Source: an uncultured virus (IMG/VR IMGVR_UViG_2061766007_000832) (Duplodnaviria > Heunggongvirae > Uroviricota > Caudoviricetes). Taken from it: DNA of 64,000 nt. The stretch is from IMG/VR virus record IMGVR_UViG_2061766007_000832; one strand, given 5' to 3'. The notes below the pieces were generated by a model. That model had not been told where the DNA came from. It did not search any database and saw nothing but the letters and a program-made list of their open reading frames with translations. Shown here piece by piece: positions 11,505 through 19,851 of the stretch (within the stretch, counting starts at the first letter, position 1; every line of letters starts with the position of its first letter). The translations under genes and the position numbers were made by a program.

Positions 11505-12870
11505 AGTCATCCATAAAGAAAGCCACTNNNNNNNNNNNNNNNNNNNNNNNNNNNNNNNNNNNNNNNNNNNNNNNNNNNNNNNNNNNNNNNNNNNNNNNNN
11601 NNNNNNNNNNNNNNNGCAGACTTTTGATCTCATCAATGGTCTTGTTGAAGTCAGCAACCTTCTTGTCGAAAGAGTCAATGGTACCGCTATCCACGAAAAT
11701 GGCCTCCTTTTCATCAATGGGCTTGTCAAGGTTACGGTTAATGGACAAGATGCAGANNNNNNNNNNNNNNNNNNNNNNNNNNNNNNNNNNNNNNNNNNNN
11801 NNNNNNNNNNNNNNNNNNNNNNNNNNNNNNNNNNNNNNNNNNNNNNNNNNNNNNNNNNNNNNNNNNNNNNNNNNGTGGTTCTCATGGCTCTGAACCGCTC
11901 ATAGTCGGGGATATCCTTCAGCCATGCGTCAAAACGCTTCTCTGCTTCTTTGTAGTCGTTGCTGTTGTACACATCACGAAGGGTTTCCTTGACCATGTAT
12001 GCTTCGTAAAGCTCTGGGAACATGGAAAACCACTGGTTAATGATATCAAGGGCTTTATCGTTAAGGTTCTCCAAGTTAGCCATAAACAGCGTTCTGGAGT
12101 GCTTGAAAAGGCGTATATCAACACCCTGCTTCCGGTAGTAGTTCTGGATATCCTTCCGAACGTTGTCAACACACCGATTGACTTCCTGCACAACATGGAA
12201 GCGGTCAATTACAACCATAGTACCCGGAAGGACAGACTCAACAGCCTTTGCATACCCGATGGCAAAGTCCATTGTGGCAACCTTGCAGATGTTCTTGTCA
12301 AGGGTCTTCAGATAGGCTTTCAGTGTGGTCTGATGATTGTTCCTCTTCATGTCGATCAACCTTCTGTTTCCAACGTCAGTAAGGACAAGACGGTAATGAT
12401 CGTCAATGTGGGCTTCATCAATGCCAAGTACTCGTGGAGTATAGGTAATGAGTTCTTCCTCCAAGTGGTCAGCAGCGTATTCAGCAAAGGCAGTAGCTAC
12501 CGTCTTATCGTCAACACCGTAGTCTCTGGCAATGTACTTGAAGGTTTCACCACGCAGTCTGCGGTTCACAAACTCCTGCTTCAGACGGTCAGTGATGTGT
12601 GCTTTGGGGTTGAAAAAGTCGAAGTGTTCCGGGAAGACGTATCCACAATCAGGACAGCGGTAACGTTTGATAGCAAGGTCTATCAGAACAATCTTCCCTT
12701 CAGCACGAATATCCTTTAAGAGGTTGTGCTTCGTGTCATGTACATGGGGAATTATCTCATNNNNNNNNNNNNCGGGTAGCAGAAACCGCATCGTATTTGA
12801 TGAAACGGTGCGTAGTATCTTCGGAACGATTGGTACAAATGATTTCATCAATACCGATATCGTAAGGCAT
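11464..12870 (-). mobile_element. ISL3-family transposase gene (gapped; no terminal inverted repeats recognised)
   Basis: RYRCPDCG Zn finger, VLGIDE, ATMDF, VIDRFHVV; GGAGGTG RBS before 12870. Confidence 0.85.
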
Positions 12871-12892
12871 CAAGGTTCACCTCCATGCCTAT

Positions 12893-12921
12893 ATTATACC
12901 ACAGTTAATTCCGGATGTAAA
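12893..12921 (-). promoter_or_regulatory. Near-consensus sigma-A promoter of the transposase gene
   Basis: TTTACA-17-TATAAT with extended TG. Confidence 0.7.
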
Positions 12922-13020
12922 ACGAACAGGAGGTATCTATGAGTGAAAATTACACCACAGGTAATTCCGCAAGACCACAAAAAAGCGGTTCTCCTATGAG
13001 AAAANNNNNNNNNNGAATTT

Positions 13021-13302
13021 ATGGAAAAGACAAACGATATTATTTCAAAAATACCGAAGGAATTAACAAAAGCAGGAAAGATAAAAACAAGCAGTCATGG
13101 GGGAGTGGCAAACCTTTTGAAAGTGTTAACCAAGACCATGACAGAACAGGGAAGTTCCATTACTTCCATTGCAAAGGTTCAGTATGCAATATGCACACAG
13201 GCCGGGATATGGATTCCTGATGAATTTATTACAGATGTTCTTGTTGCGATGGATATTAACCCAAAGGTGATAGACGGTCAGTTAGACACAACAACGCCCT
13301 GA
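13021..13302 (+). CDS. Hypothetical protein
   Basis: ORF in the early operon; true start may lie across the gap. Confidence 0.6.
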   Translation: MEKTNDIISKIPKELTKAGKIKTSSHGGVANLLKVLTKTMTEQGSSITSIAKVQYAICTQAGIWIPDEFITDVLVAMDINPKVIDGQLDTTTP

Positions 13303-13328
13303 AAAGGCTGAGAAAGTGAGATCTAATT

Positions 13329-13733
13329 ATGAACGGTAAAACGATAGCGTTCAACCTTCGCAATGGCGTTGAATATGACGAAAACGGAATTACGATGGCA
13401 ACAAGAGAACTCATTGATTCCCTGGCAGACATTATTGAACAATTGAGTGTCGAGATCGAGGAAAAACAACAGCATCTTGATAAACTGCAAAAAGACAATA
13501 AGGATTTGGAAGAACGAGTTGCAATTATGTCGAATGGTGGCTGGCATGATGCGAAAAAAGATTCACCAAAGGAAACAGATTGCTATATTGTCCGCATTGA
13601 TTATGGAGTCGGTCAGATGACAACCATGCGTGAATATATCAATTCGGAAGGTAAATGGCTGAAGAGCATAGAGGAAAAGATTACACATTGGATGCAATTG
13701 CCAGAGCCGCCGGAAGAAGGTGGGCAGGAATGA
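13329..13733 (+). CDS. DUF551-like protein, paralogue of 9555-9942
   Basis: DLEERVAIMSNGGWH...ITHWMQLPEPP. Confidence 0.75.
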   Translation: MNGKTIAFNLRNGVEYDENGITMATRELIDSLADIIEQLSVEIEEKQQHLDKLQKDNKDLEERVAIMSNGGWHDAKKDSPKETDCYIVRIDYGVGQMTTMREYINSEGKWLKSIEEKITHWMQLPEPPEEGGQE

Positions 13734-14002
13734 AAGAGTTGAAACCGATTCCTTGTAAACATGGGAAGTCTATCCTATGGTGTCAAGATTGCGAAGAATA
13801 CAAATATGCAGGACTTGGTTATTGCAGATTGGATAATCCTGCAATATGGGACAAAGAAGAAAAGGATGATAAGCAGAAATGATTTTATGGTTATTGCTGA
13901 TTGTTTTTGAAATTATCTATGAAGCAATCGAAGATGGTAGAAGTTAGATACGCAAAATGCCGTGAATATGCATGAAATTACGGCCAACGGAGGAAGAAAA
14001 GA

Positions 14003-14239
14003 ATGGAGATTGTTTATAACAAAAAGCACAACACATCCATAAACTTAGCGGACATCAAATATGGAGAAGTGTTTATGTTTTGCAACAGTAACGATCAATT
14101 CTATATAAAGGCATGCGGGAATTACGCGGACAGTGAAATTGCTACTGTTAATCTTGCTACAGGAGCTTGGGCATTCGTTAATAAATCGCAGTCAGTAAAA
14201 AAAGTCAAATGCAAATTAGTCATAGAAAATAATGACTAA
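14003..14239 (+). CDS. Hypothetical protein, last gene of the rightward arm
   Basis: GGAGG RBS; followed by a terminator. Confidence 0.7.
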   Translation: MEIVYNKKHNTSINLADIKYGEVFMFCNSNDQFYIKACGNYADSEIATVNLATGAWAFVNKSQSVKKVKCKLVIENND

Positions 14240-14248
14240 ACACGTATT

Positions 14249-14286
14249 AAAACACCCCACTCCAATACGGAGTGGGGCTTTCTTTT
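14249..14286. terminator. Bidirectional intrinsic terminator between the convergent arms
   Basis: AAAA-CA-CCCCACTCC-AATAC-GGAGTGGGG-CTTTCTTTT. Confidence 0.8.
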
Positions 14287-14596
14287 AATACCTGTACGGG
14301 GGCATCCATTCCGGATAGTGTCCTGAGTATTCATATCCAGGATACATATCCCTGCTGGTATACCGTCCCATACTGTCACGGCCCCTGCGATATGAGCGTC
14401 CGGATGCGTCCTTATCTTCCCATCCTTCAGCGTCCTTCATCGCATGGTACGTCGCTGCGCTCTTAAGGGCATGGTAGAGCAGATCCGCTTTCTCTGCATC
14501 CTGAATAGTCATTTCTTCCGGATTGCCACCATACTTCTTGTCGAGCTTTTCCAGTTCAGAGCACATAGCTCCTTCAAGATTCTCGTACCGTTTCAT
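14285..14596 (-). CDS. Hypothetical protein with SYRRGRDSMGRYTSRD motif
   Basis: GGAGGTG RBS; last gene of the post-lysis module. Confidence 0.8.
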   Translation of the reverse strand: MKRYENLEGAMCSELEKLDKKYGGNPEEMTIQDAEKADLLYHALKSAATYHAMKDAEGWEDKDASGRSYRRGRDSMGRYTSRDMYPGYEYSGHYPEWMPPYRY

Positions 14597-14610
14597 GTGT
14601 TACACCTCCA

Positions 14611-15342
14611 TCACGCAGCGGGGGCGGTGGTGGAAGTAACAGGATAACGGTTGACAAAGAACTGGGTCTGTGCGGTCAGTGCGTTCTGAATATAGTTGTT
14701 GCTGTTCAGAGCGGTGATCTGCCGTTCAAGATCTGCAATGCGCTCATTCTTCGCATCGATCTTGTCGGCGCACATCTGGTCAAGGATCCTCTGGACACCA
14801 ATGTTCTGGTTGGTCAGGATGTCACGTACGCCATCGGACAGCACCTGCCGNNNNNNNNNNNNNNNNNNNNNNNNNNNNNNNNNNNNNNNNNNNNNNNNNN
14901 NNNNNNNNNNNNNCTGCATTCCGTTGAATCCCTGCATGGTTGCCATCTGCGCAGCGAAGTTCTGCTGCATTCCGGCAATCTCACGGGCATTGTCAGCGAT
15001 CTGGGCCTGTGCGAAACCGTTGGCAATGTTGCTGTTCACGCCGGCAAAACCGGAGCATAAGGAAGTCTGGAGATCGCCGAAACCGGAAGTAACGGCGTTC
15101 TGCACTCCGGTAATACCGGAGATCACAGCGGACTGGTCGAAGCCACGCTGTACGTCATTATTCACCATCATCGGTCCCATGCCGTTACCGCCACCGAAAC
15201 CGAATCCACCGCCCCAGCCACCGCCGAGACAGATCAGGAGGAGGATTAACCACCAACCGCTCTGGTCGCCGAAGCCAAATNNNNNNNNNNNNNNNNNNNN
15301 NNNNNNNNNNNNNNNNNNNNNGTTACCGTTTGTGTCAGTCAT
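14611..15342 (-). CDS. Gly-rich membrane-anchored coiled-coil protein of unknown function
   Basis: WWLILLLICL TM segment, GGGWGGGFGFGGG, then heptad-like repeats (DAKNERIADLERQITAL). Confidence 0.85.
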   Translation of the reverse strand: MTDTNGNXXXXXXXXXXXXXXFGFGDQSGWWLILLLICLGGGWGGGFGFGGGNGMGPMMVNNDVQRGFDQSAVISGITGVQNAVTSGFGDLQTSLCSGFAGVNSNIANGFAQAQIADNAREIAGMQQNFAAQMATMQGFNGMQXXXXXXXXXXXXXXXXXXXXXRQVLSDGVRDILTNQNIGVQRILDQMCADKIDAKNERIADLERQITALNSNNYIQNALTAQTQFFVNRYPVTSTTAPAA

Positions 15343-15409
15343 AGTTTTTTGATTCCTTTCGTTTATTTATCCCAATCGTCTATGCGCACTCGACGAAAAG
15401 AATCAATTA

Positions 15410-15453
15410 AGTATCAAGTTAGTATCAAGTTAGTATCAAGTTAGTATCAAGTT
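15410..15453. repeat. Perfect tandem repeat (AGTATCAAGTT)x4
   Basis: Read directly; intergenic. Confidence 0.95.
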
Positions 15454-15746
15454 CATTTGCCCGTCATTTGCCGGGCCATCTGCACCAGCTGTGGATTCAC
15501 CCGTCCTGTTTGCTGAAGCCAGCCGATCAGCTGCTCCGGATCACTACTTACACCTGCCGGCGCATCCGGAAAAAACTGCTGAACAAGTTGCTGTGGATTC
15601 CGGAAACTTTGAGCGAGTTGCATAGCACGTTGCAGGACATTCTGTGGAGCGCTCATTTCTGCCCCTGGCATCATCGGTGCGGAATTATTCATCCCGGAAG
15701 ACAAGGGTGTAGAAACGCCTGAAATCGCCTTAAAAAGTGGGTTCAT
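15453..15746 (-). CDS. Gln/Met-rich hypothetical protein
   Basis: MNPLFKA...NPQQLVQQ...LQQTGRVNPQLVQMARQM. Confidence 0.8.
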   Translation of the reverse strand: MNPLFKAISGVSTPLSSGMNNSAPMMPGAEMSAPQNVLQRAMQLAQSFRNPQQLVQQFFPDAPAGVSSDPEQLIGWLQQTGRVNPQLVQMARQMTGK

Positions 15747-15748
15747 AT

Positions 15749-16187
15749 TTATTCCCCTTTCTGTGCTGCTTTCCGTCCGGAGATACTCAATCCGTCAATC
15801 GTTTCCATAAGCTCACGTTTCATTGTGTCGAGATCTTCTTTCCGGACATATTCGCTCATGTCCGGTTCGGCGTGTCCACTTACTTTCTCACCGCTATTCA
15901 TGCCTTCGAGTTTATAACAAGCCTTCTGCAAAGGATTCGGCATGCCCATAGGGTTAATGCTCTTCAGGTAAATCACCGTATCATTCGTATCCCACAGGGC
16001 AATCGGCTGGTTTGCGGGCCAGTTCGGCGGCAGNNNNNNNNNNNNNNNNNNNNNNNNNNNCCCAGATCAGTCCTGGATTATTCTGTGTCTGCTGTGCCGG
16101 CATGTTCTGCTGGTACTGAGGATAAACCTGCTGGCTCATTCCTCCGTAGTTCCATGACGGCTGGTATGTTGCCGGAAGATAACTCAT
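15749..16187 (-). CDS. Hypothetical protein with Gln/Tyr-rich N-terminus (one gene split by gap)
   Basis: MSYLPATYQ...GLIW-gap-PIALWDTNDTVIYLKSINPMGMP. Confidence 0.75.
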
Positions 16188-16568
16188 AACTCATCCTTCT
16201 TTCTGAAATAAAATGATAATGTTTCGTTTCCACTGTCCCAGGAATCCAGATAATCGCCATTCAGAATACAAACGGCATGGCTTCCCGTTCCGACAATGTA
16301 CGTTCCTTCCGGATACATCTCGCAGAACTCTCTTACCGTCACACACTCCGGACACCGTTTCGGAAGCAGGAATGGCTCAAAGCCACGGTCGTACAGGTAC
16401 AGTCCCCATACGTGGTTCACGCTTGGCATACTGCACTCAGATCTGCCCACACGGCAAAGATCATCGTACACCTTGTACCAGTCCTTGCCTGTTGCGATGC
16501 AGATTGACCTGATCACACAGTCCGGTTCAGTCCTGCCGAGTGGATTCGGGTTTGCATAGATCCACATT
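16184..16568 (-). CDS. Putative papain-like Cys peptidase
   Basis: NPNP...DCVIRS (Cys), GSHAVC (His), DSWDSG. The 5' end is repeated at 16603-16712 across a 10-N gap. Confidence 0.6.
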
Positions 16569-16711
16569 ACGCACACTCCGGACTGATACCANNNNNNNNN
16601 NCAGATCGTCGTACACCTTGTACCAGTCTTTCCCGGTCGCAAGGCATATAGCCCTGATCACACAGTCCGGTTCAGTCCTGCCGAGCGGATTCGGGTTTGC
16701 ATAGATCCACA

Positions 16712-16891
16712 TTACGCACACTCCGGACTGATACCACAGTCTTCAAGAATCATGTCGACAATCGAATCATCGTCCGGTCGCAGATCCATCAGCGTGGCTG
16801 TGAGGAGCATCATGGCATATGCCGTCTCCGGACTGGTCCCTATTGCGGAGCATATCCTGTCAACATTCTTTTTATATCTGCGTGGGAACAT
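16712..16891 (-). CDS. Small hypothetical protein
   Basis: GGAAGGTG RBS, MFPRRYKK... Confidence 0.6.
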   Translation of the reverse strand: MFPRRYKKNVDRICSAIGTSPETAYAMMLLTATLMDLRPDDDSIVDMILEDCGISPECA

Positions 16892-16926
16892 CTGAAACAC
16901 CTTCCTTTCGCTTAAAATTGTGCATT

Positions 16927-16961
16927 AAAAAAGACCTACCCACAAGTTCGTGGATAGGTCT
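16927..16961 (-). terminator. Inverted repeat with U-tract after the sigma-r4-like gene
   Basis: AGACCTATCCAC-GAACTT-GTGGGTAGGTCT-TTTTT. Confidence 0.7.
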
Positions 16962-16973
16962 CTATTGGTTCAT

Positions 16974-17213
16974 TTATAGTTCATATTTGGGCAATTCCGC
17001 TTCCATCATCCGGAAGATCTTATGTCCGCCTTTGTGGACAATCCGTTTAATCTGTGACTCGGACAGGTGGAATTCCTGTTCCAGTTCGCTGATGCTCCGG
17101 TCATCCACATAGCATCTGATCAAAATCGCCCGGTCACGGTCACCCTGTATGAACTCTTCCACCAGGTCACGGAATCGGTGGTTGCTGAATGTCTCCGGGC
17201 GATACTTTTTCAT
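16974..17213 (-). CDS. Sigma-70 region-4-like HTH protein
   Basis: DRAILIRCYVDDRSISELEQEFHLSESQIKRIV. Confidence 0.75.
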   Translation of the reverse strand: MKKYRPETFSNHRFRDLVEEFIQGDRDRAILIRCYVDDRSISELEQEFHLSESQIKRIVHKGGHKIFRMMEAELPKYEL

Positions 17214-17496
17214 TCAGCACCTCCGTAGGCTGGTAGCCATTCTGCATCTGAAGCAGAGTGGACAGCCACTTATCCGTTCTCGATGTGTAGTTGTCAACGA
17301 ACACTTTCGACTGATCGATCATGGACTTTGACATGAACACCGCAGTGAAAGCCAGTGCGATAATCGCAAGGGCAAGCAGAACTGCAAGCACAATGGCGAC
17401 AGCTTTCATGTTGCTGTTTTGATGCACAAGGTGCATCTCGTGCATTTCAGCTTGGTGTTTTGAAATCATCGGGACATCGTGATTAACTTCACTCAT
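17167..17496 (-). CDS. Single-pass membrane protein
   Basis: AVAIVLAVLLALAIIALAFTAVFM. Confidence 0.7.
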   Translation of the reverse strand: MSEVNHDVPMISKHQAEMHEMHLVHQNSNMKAVAIVLAVLLALAIIALAFTAVFMSKSMIDQSKVFVDNYTSRTDKWLSTLLQMQNGYQPTEVLNEKVSPGDIQQPPIP

Positions 17497-17860
17497 CCGG
17501 AGTATCCTCCGCCTGTTTCTGTTCGATCAGTTTCGTAACCGCAGCGTCTTTCCGCTGTCCCTGTTCAATCCGCAGTTCCCGTACAGTAGCTTCAATCAGC
17601 GCATCTACGGCGGTTGTATCAACCGTATAGCCGTTTTCTTTGAGGAGATCCACCACATACTGCTTCTTCTCCTTCCACTGCTCGCTCGTAAAGATCTGTT
17701 CAGCAGCATATACGCCGACACGGACAAGCCCTTTGAACGCATCGTACTGATTGTTCGTAAGCTTGTCCTTCAGCCAGGGGATCAGATAACGGGTAATAAT
17801 ACCGCCGATCAGTGTGATAATTGCCAGGATAATCTGAGTCAGGTCAATGGTCATTTCCAA
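17489..17860 (-). CDS. Holin (LL-H-like family)
   Basis: IDLTQIILAIITLIGGIITRYLIPWLK, VYAAEQ, EKKQYV, IEATV. Confidence 0.85.
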   Translation of the reverse strand: MEMTIDLTQIILAIITLIGGIITRYLIPWLKDKLTNNQYDAFKGLVRVGVYAAEQIFTSEQWKEKKQYVVDLLKENGYTVDTTAVDALIEATVRELRIEQGQRKDAAVTKLIEQKQAEDTPDE

Positions 17861-18315
17861 TCATCCTCCTTGTAGGTTCCGTCGATAAGGTAGTTTTTCA
17901 TCGCCTTTGACGCATTTGATAATGCAGGGTTCATTTCCAACAGAGCGAGCATGCCGTGGCACAACGCCTTGTTGCCGCCTTCCAGCTGGCCCACTCTCTC
18001 CTCATGGTCGTTCAGCTGGGTCGTATGCATCGTCAATGTTTCCTTGTCAGATGCAAGACGTTTGTCTATCTCCGCAAACTTCTCGTCAAGCTTCGGTTGA
18101 AGCTTTTCCATCACTTTGTCAGCGATCTCGTCTGTGATGTCCTGCTTGCTCACTTTGCGGCGATCATGCATTTTCCGGAAGACATCAATCACCTTGTCTC
18201 CCAGGACAAAAACTGCCGCAAGACCGAGCAGGACGATAATAAAAGGCATGATCATATCGGGCGAGAACCCAACTGTTTTTTCAAATTGCTGTACTGTCTG
18301 TGTTGCCTGTTCCAT
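17851..18315 (-). CDS. Membrane-anchored coiled-coil lysis-cassette protein
   Basis: One TM helix followed by a coiled coil; lies between endolysin and holin. Confidence 0.7.
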   Translation of the reverse strand: MEQATQTVQQFEKTVGFSPDMIMPFIIVLLGLAAVFVLGDKVIDVFRKMHDRRKVSKQDITDEIADKVMEKLQPKLDEKFAEIDKRLASDKETLTMHTTQLNDHEERVGQLEGGNKALCHGMLALLEMNPALSNASKAMKNYLIDGTYKEDDWK

Positions 18316-18322
18316 TTTGTTC

Positions 18323-19039
18323 TCACCCCACAATCAAAAATTTGGTCATCATATACCAACCATGGCGCTTACCGTAGCTGATTTTTGTCCATTCGTATCC
18401 GAACTCCTCAATTTTTACCGTTGCTCCAATGGGTACTTCATCGTAAAGTCTGCACTTTGTGCTTGGTTCTCTCCGCATCTTTACCCATCTGCCGGAGTCT
18501 GCGTACACCGTAGCCGTATCCTTGTTCGGCACAGGTTCTGGAGTCGGATCCGGTAAAACGGTCTCGGAGCCATCGTCACGGACATACTCTTCTTTCCATG
18601 ACGCAACCCATTTCCAGTTACCTATGGATGTGTCTGTCTTCGCTGTCGGGGATGTCATGTGAATGATCCGCAGCGGGCTCACAGATTTAACTGTACCGAT
18701 ATGGCAGTAATCATTTAGGTCCCCGTTGTAAGCAGATCCGCCCGGGCGATACTTGGAAGGAAGGTTGTATCCTTTTTCATCAGGCCGTTTCATTTTGAAA
18801 ACGACATCGCCGAACCGTAGGTCTGATGCAGAATGGATTTCTCGTTTGTTTCTTACTTGGTTCCGGAATGACCAGTTTGTTCCGGTAGTGCTGAACGGTA
18901 CGCCGTTTATCCGGAAACTATACTTGTCCATTCCGATGCAGTCACATTCTTTCAGGTCGCTGGCTCCGAGTTCATACTTTGGTTTTGCTTTTACAATTCT
19001 TTCACAGCCGGAAACAAAGTGTTCTCTTGTTGTACTCAT
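18323..19039 (-). CDS. Endolysin: NlpC/P60-like Cys peptidase plus SH3b
   Basis: YELG...CDCIG, YCHIGTV, Pro-rich linker, C-terminal VKMRREPS...WTKISYG..GWYMMTKFL. Confidence 0.8.
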   Translation of the reverse strand: MSTTREHFVSGCERIVKAKPKYELGASDLKECDCIGMDKYSFRINGVPFSTTGTNWSFRNQVRNKREIHSASDLRFGDVVFKMKRPDEKGYNLPSKYRPGGSAYNGDLNDYCHIGTVKSVSPLRIIHMTSPTAKTDTSIGNWKWVASWKEEYVRDDGSETVLPDPTPEPVPNKDTATVYADSGRWVKMRREPSTKCRLYDEVPIGATVKIEEFGYEWTKISYGKRHGWYMMTKFLIVG

Positions 19040-19356
19040 CCATTACCACCGCCTTCCGTATCTGTCACTTCCTCATTTGCTTCACCGCCTTTTGCTCCAA
19101 TGCTTAATTCGAGTTTTGTCTTATCCAACAGAGTAAGCATAGCTTTCTCGTAAATGCTGTTCCTTGTATACGCCCAAACGTTCAGAACCATCATTGCGGT
19201 GGTGATCAGGGCCATGTAGACAATGTACTGAGCCGTCTGCGGTTGGATGATCAAGATCGCAGACATCCAGGACATATAGAAAAACCAGAAAACGGCAGTC
19301 CATGTGGCAAGCTTCTTGCTGAACTGCTTACTTGGATCCATTCTGTTATTGCCCAT
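19036..19356 (-). CDS. Two-TM membrane protein (holin-like), first gene of the lysis cassette
   Basis: QFSKK followed by two hydrophobic segments. Confidence 0.7.
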   Translation of the reverse strand: MGNNRMDPSKQFSKKLATWTAVFWFFYMSWMSAILIIQPQTAQYIVYMALITTAMMVLNVWAYTRNSIYEKAMLTLLDKTKLELSIGAKGGEANEEVTDTEGGGNG

Positions 19357-19370
19357 ATAATCACCACCTC

Positions 19371-19419
19371 AAAAGAAAAAGTCGCTGAACGAGTTCTGAG
19401 ACTCGCTGTTCAGCGACTT
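19371..19419 (-). terminator. Attenuator before the lysis cassette; contains conserved hairpin copy C (19402-19418)
   Basis: AAGTCGCTGAAC...GTTCAGCGACTT-TTTCTTTT; element AG-T-CGCT-GAAC-AGCG-AG. Confidence 0.8.
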
Positions 19420-19444
19420 GTAGTGGAACATATCCCACAAGCTT

Positions 19445-19473
19445 ATTATATGCAAGTAGTATGAAAATTGCAA
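19445..19473 (-). promoter_or_regulatory. Lysis-cassette promoter
   Basis: TTGCAA-17-TATAAT; ACTAC in the spacer and in the leader. Confidence 0.8.
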
Positions 19474-19851
19474 TAAGTATTATTCTTTTTCATCGTCATC
19501 AGGATAACTTTTCCCGGTCACAAAAAGGAATGCGATCACCCCAAAGAATGATCCTGCGATAAGACAAACCGGAACAAGCCACCATGGAACCATATTGGAT
19601 CACCTCACTTTGCCCCTTGTCGGGGCGATGCTACTGAGGAGAAACACAAGTAGTCTGCATGGCATCACCCCCCTTTGTTATAGTTAGTCATGTCAATAGC
19701 CGTGAATTGCGTCCTATTCATGGCTTCGTTTTGTTCTTTAACTTTGTGCAATCATCGTGTGCATCCCATCCGATAATAAAACCGATTACGAAAACAACGG
19801 CAATCAATGCACATATCCATCCGACCATGTTCTTTTTCCCACTCCTATTCA

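Noticed and set aside
15410..15453. Repeat array as a CRISPR
   Set aside because: The 11-bp units have no spacers and there are no cas genes.
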